Sequence record: OY723345.1
Length of the DNA stretch: 8,187 bases
Reading direction: 5' to 3' (one strand)
Each line of letters opens with the position of its first letter. Position 1 is the first letter of the stretch. Below, piece after piece: positions 6,886-8,187 of this stretch. The position numbers and the translations under genes are program-made. The notes under the pieces are model-generated. The model had not been told where the DNA came from. It ran no database searches and saw nothing but the letters and a program-made list of their open reading frames with translations.

Positions 6886-7309
6886 AGGGTATTGGACAGG
6901 GCCCGAAACCCCCAAAATGAGTGATTTGGGGTGCTCAAAACCATCGATTTTGATGGTTTTGGCATGCAAAAAGGGTCGAAAACACCTCTTTTAGCCCCTT
7001 TTGCACATGGGAACACCACCCCATATACTAAGGGGGATCCTTCGAGGGATACAGAACCCCCGAAACCCCTTAAAGATGGTGTGTGAGTACTCATGCATGT
7101 ACCCTTTTAGCACCCTTTCTGACCCCCTTTCAGACCCCCTAAATGGTGCCATTCCTCGAAGGATGGCCCTTAAGGGGTGCCGGTAAGGGTACCTAAAGAG
7201 GTCCCAAAAGTGACCATTTTAGGGGGTCCCAAAACGTGTTGCAAAGGGGTACCCCTTTGGTCACCAAAAGTGATGATTTTGGGGACACCAAATGGGTCGG
7301 AATGGGTAC

Positions 7310-7442
7310 CTAATGACAGGATATGGCATACGGGATACCTGAGGAGATCACCTCCACAGGGAATGTCCCTCCGTGCATCCTGGGCTACCGAGAGGCCTAC
7401 GGGGAGTATCCCCATATCCTCTGAGAGCCATTATGACCATTA
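7310..7442. repeat. C module, copy C-c in unit S
   Basis: Identical to 4250-4382 at offset 3060. Confidence 0.85.
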
Positions 7443-7554
7443 CGAGCATCCCGGAGAGCATATCTGAGGACCTGAAATCCATGGTTTTGGGGTCTAAAAT
7501 GATGATTTTAGAGGTCTCAAAATGATGGATTTGGGGTCTCAAATCATGAGATCC

Positions 7555-7598
7555 GGGGGTCTGGGGATGCCATGGGTATGGGATCCAGGGATGCAGGG
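7555..7598 (+). other. G-quadruplex-forming motif, unit S copy
   Basis: Identical to 4495-4538 at offset 3060. Confidence 0.7.
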
Positions 7599-7835
7599 AT
7601 CCGGAGACCATGAGGGCATGCAGACCATATGCACTACATACCATGGGGTGTGTAGTAGGGATACAGACCACTATGGATACCATCACCATTAGATACATAC
7701 TATGAGACCATATGCTGTGGGTATCGGATTAGGGGTCTGGGGATGTGCAGATCTGGAGACCATGAGCGGATCCGGAGACCATCAGATCATGAGATATGGG
7801 GTCCGGGGATGCTCGCGATGTATCTGAGGACCTGT

Positions 7836-7859
7836 GCAGATAGGTATGCAGATAGGTAT
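7836..7859. repeat. 12-bp tandem microduplication (gcagataggtat x2), specific to unit S
   Basis: Unit L has a single gcagataggtat at 4776-4787. This is why the twin ORF is 97 aa here and 93 aa in L. Confidence 0.95.
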
Positions 7860-8187
7860 AGGCATTAGGTACTAAGGACTCGCAGAGAGGTACTGAGGAC
7901 ATGCACAGAGGACATGGCACAGAGGATACGGGCATACAGACCATGCAGATAGGTACTAAGGACTCGCAGACCATAGGTATTAGGTATCTGAGGACACGGA
8001 TGCCATGATCTGAGGACCCCAAGACCTCCAGAAATGGGGTATCTGAGGTATCCCGAGACCTCCCAAAATGGGTGTTTTGGACCCTAAATCACTCGTTTTG
8101 GGACCCTTTCTGGGTGCTCCCAGACCCCCTCCCCAATGCCATCCCTAAGGTGCTCCTAAGGGATTCGGGCCCGTACCCCTCAGATAG

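Larger units (their letters stand above)
5115..8187. repeat. Macro tandem-repeat unit, short copy (S), 3,073 bp; a deletion derivative of L
   Basis: Collinear with L but lacks L positions ~1059-3112 (2,054 bp). It carries a 12-bp microduplication (7836-7859) and one extra C in the C-run near 8126. It begins with the same ggtatcccagagggtgtcgg as position 1 and ends with the same cagatag as 5108-5114. Confidence 0.97.

Noticed and set aside
1-8187. An alternative genetic code (stop-codon reassignment) that might hide long genes
   Set aside because: TAG, TAA and TGA are each frequent in all six frames; examples are actagtag, ctaatacc and gatgacatga. Even reassigning any one or two of them would not open long frames across the A-type regions, as far as I can see by eye. 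This was not computed exhaustively.

Overview
I found no credible protein-coding gene, rRNA, tRNA, CRISPR array, transposase or defence-type locus. The longest ORF in any frame is 116 aa, all three stop codons are dense in every frame, and ORFs recur only where the DNA itself is duplicated. The whole 8,187-bp window is a nested, non-coding repeat. It holds two head-to-tail copies of one macro-unit: a long copy L (1-5114) and a short copy S (5115-8187). S equals L minus 2,054 bp, and the deletion is explained by recombination between two internal A-family subrepeats. The crossover maps to a 52-bp identity tract at 6121-6172. The window length is exactly L+S, and joining its end to its start recreates the internal L|S junction base for base. 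The record is therefore either a complete circular molecule or assembly, or exactly one L+S period of a longer tandem array. Inside the units I see four sequence modules. (A) ~229-bp subrepeats rich in CATG/GTAC/TATA words, each carrying palindromes plus a paired 15-mer ATTTGATGACATGAA at 22-23 bp spacing. (B) Tracts of degenerate ~22-bp hairpin units with A-tracts and T-tracts alternating roughly every 10-12 bp between G/C runs. (C) A ~100-130 bp module whose 64-nt core is identical between otherwise diverged paralogues. (D) A ~254-bp duplicated segment. Other local features are a (CG)7 tract next to a hypervariable palindrome, and a G-quadruplex motif. The overall look is a complex eukaryote-style macrosatellite or an ORF-less circular element. 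The taxon cannot be determined from the sequence alone. All identities and coordinates come from manual alignment, not from a program.
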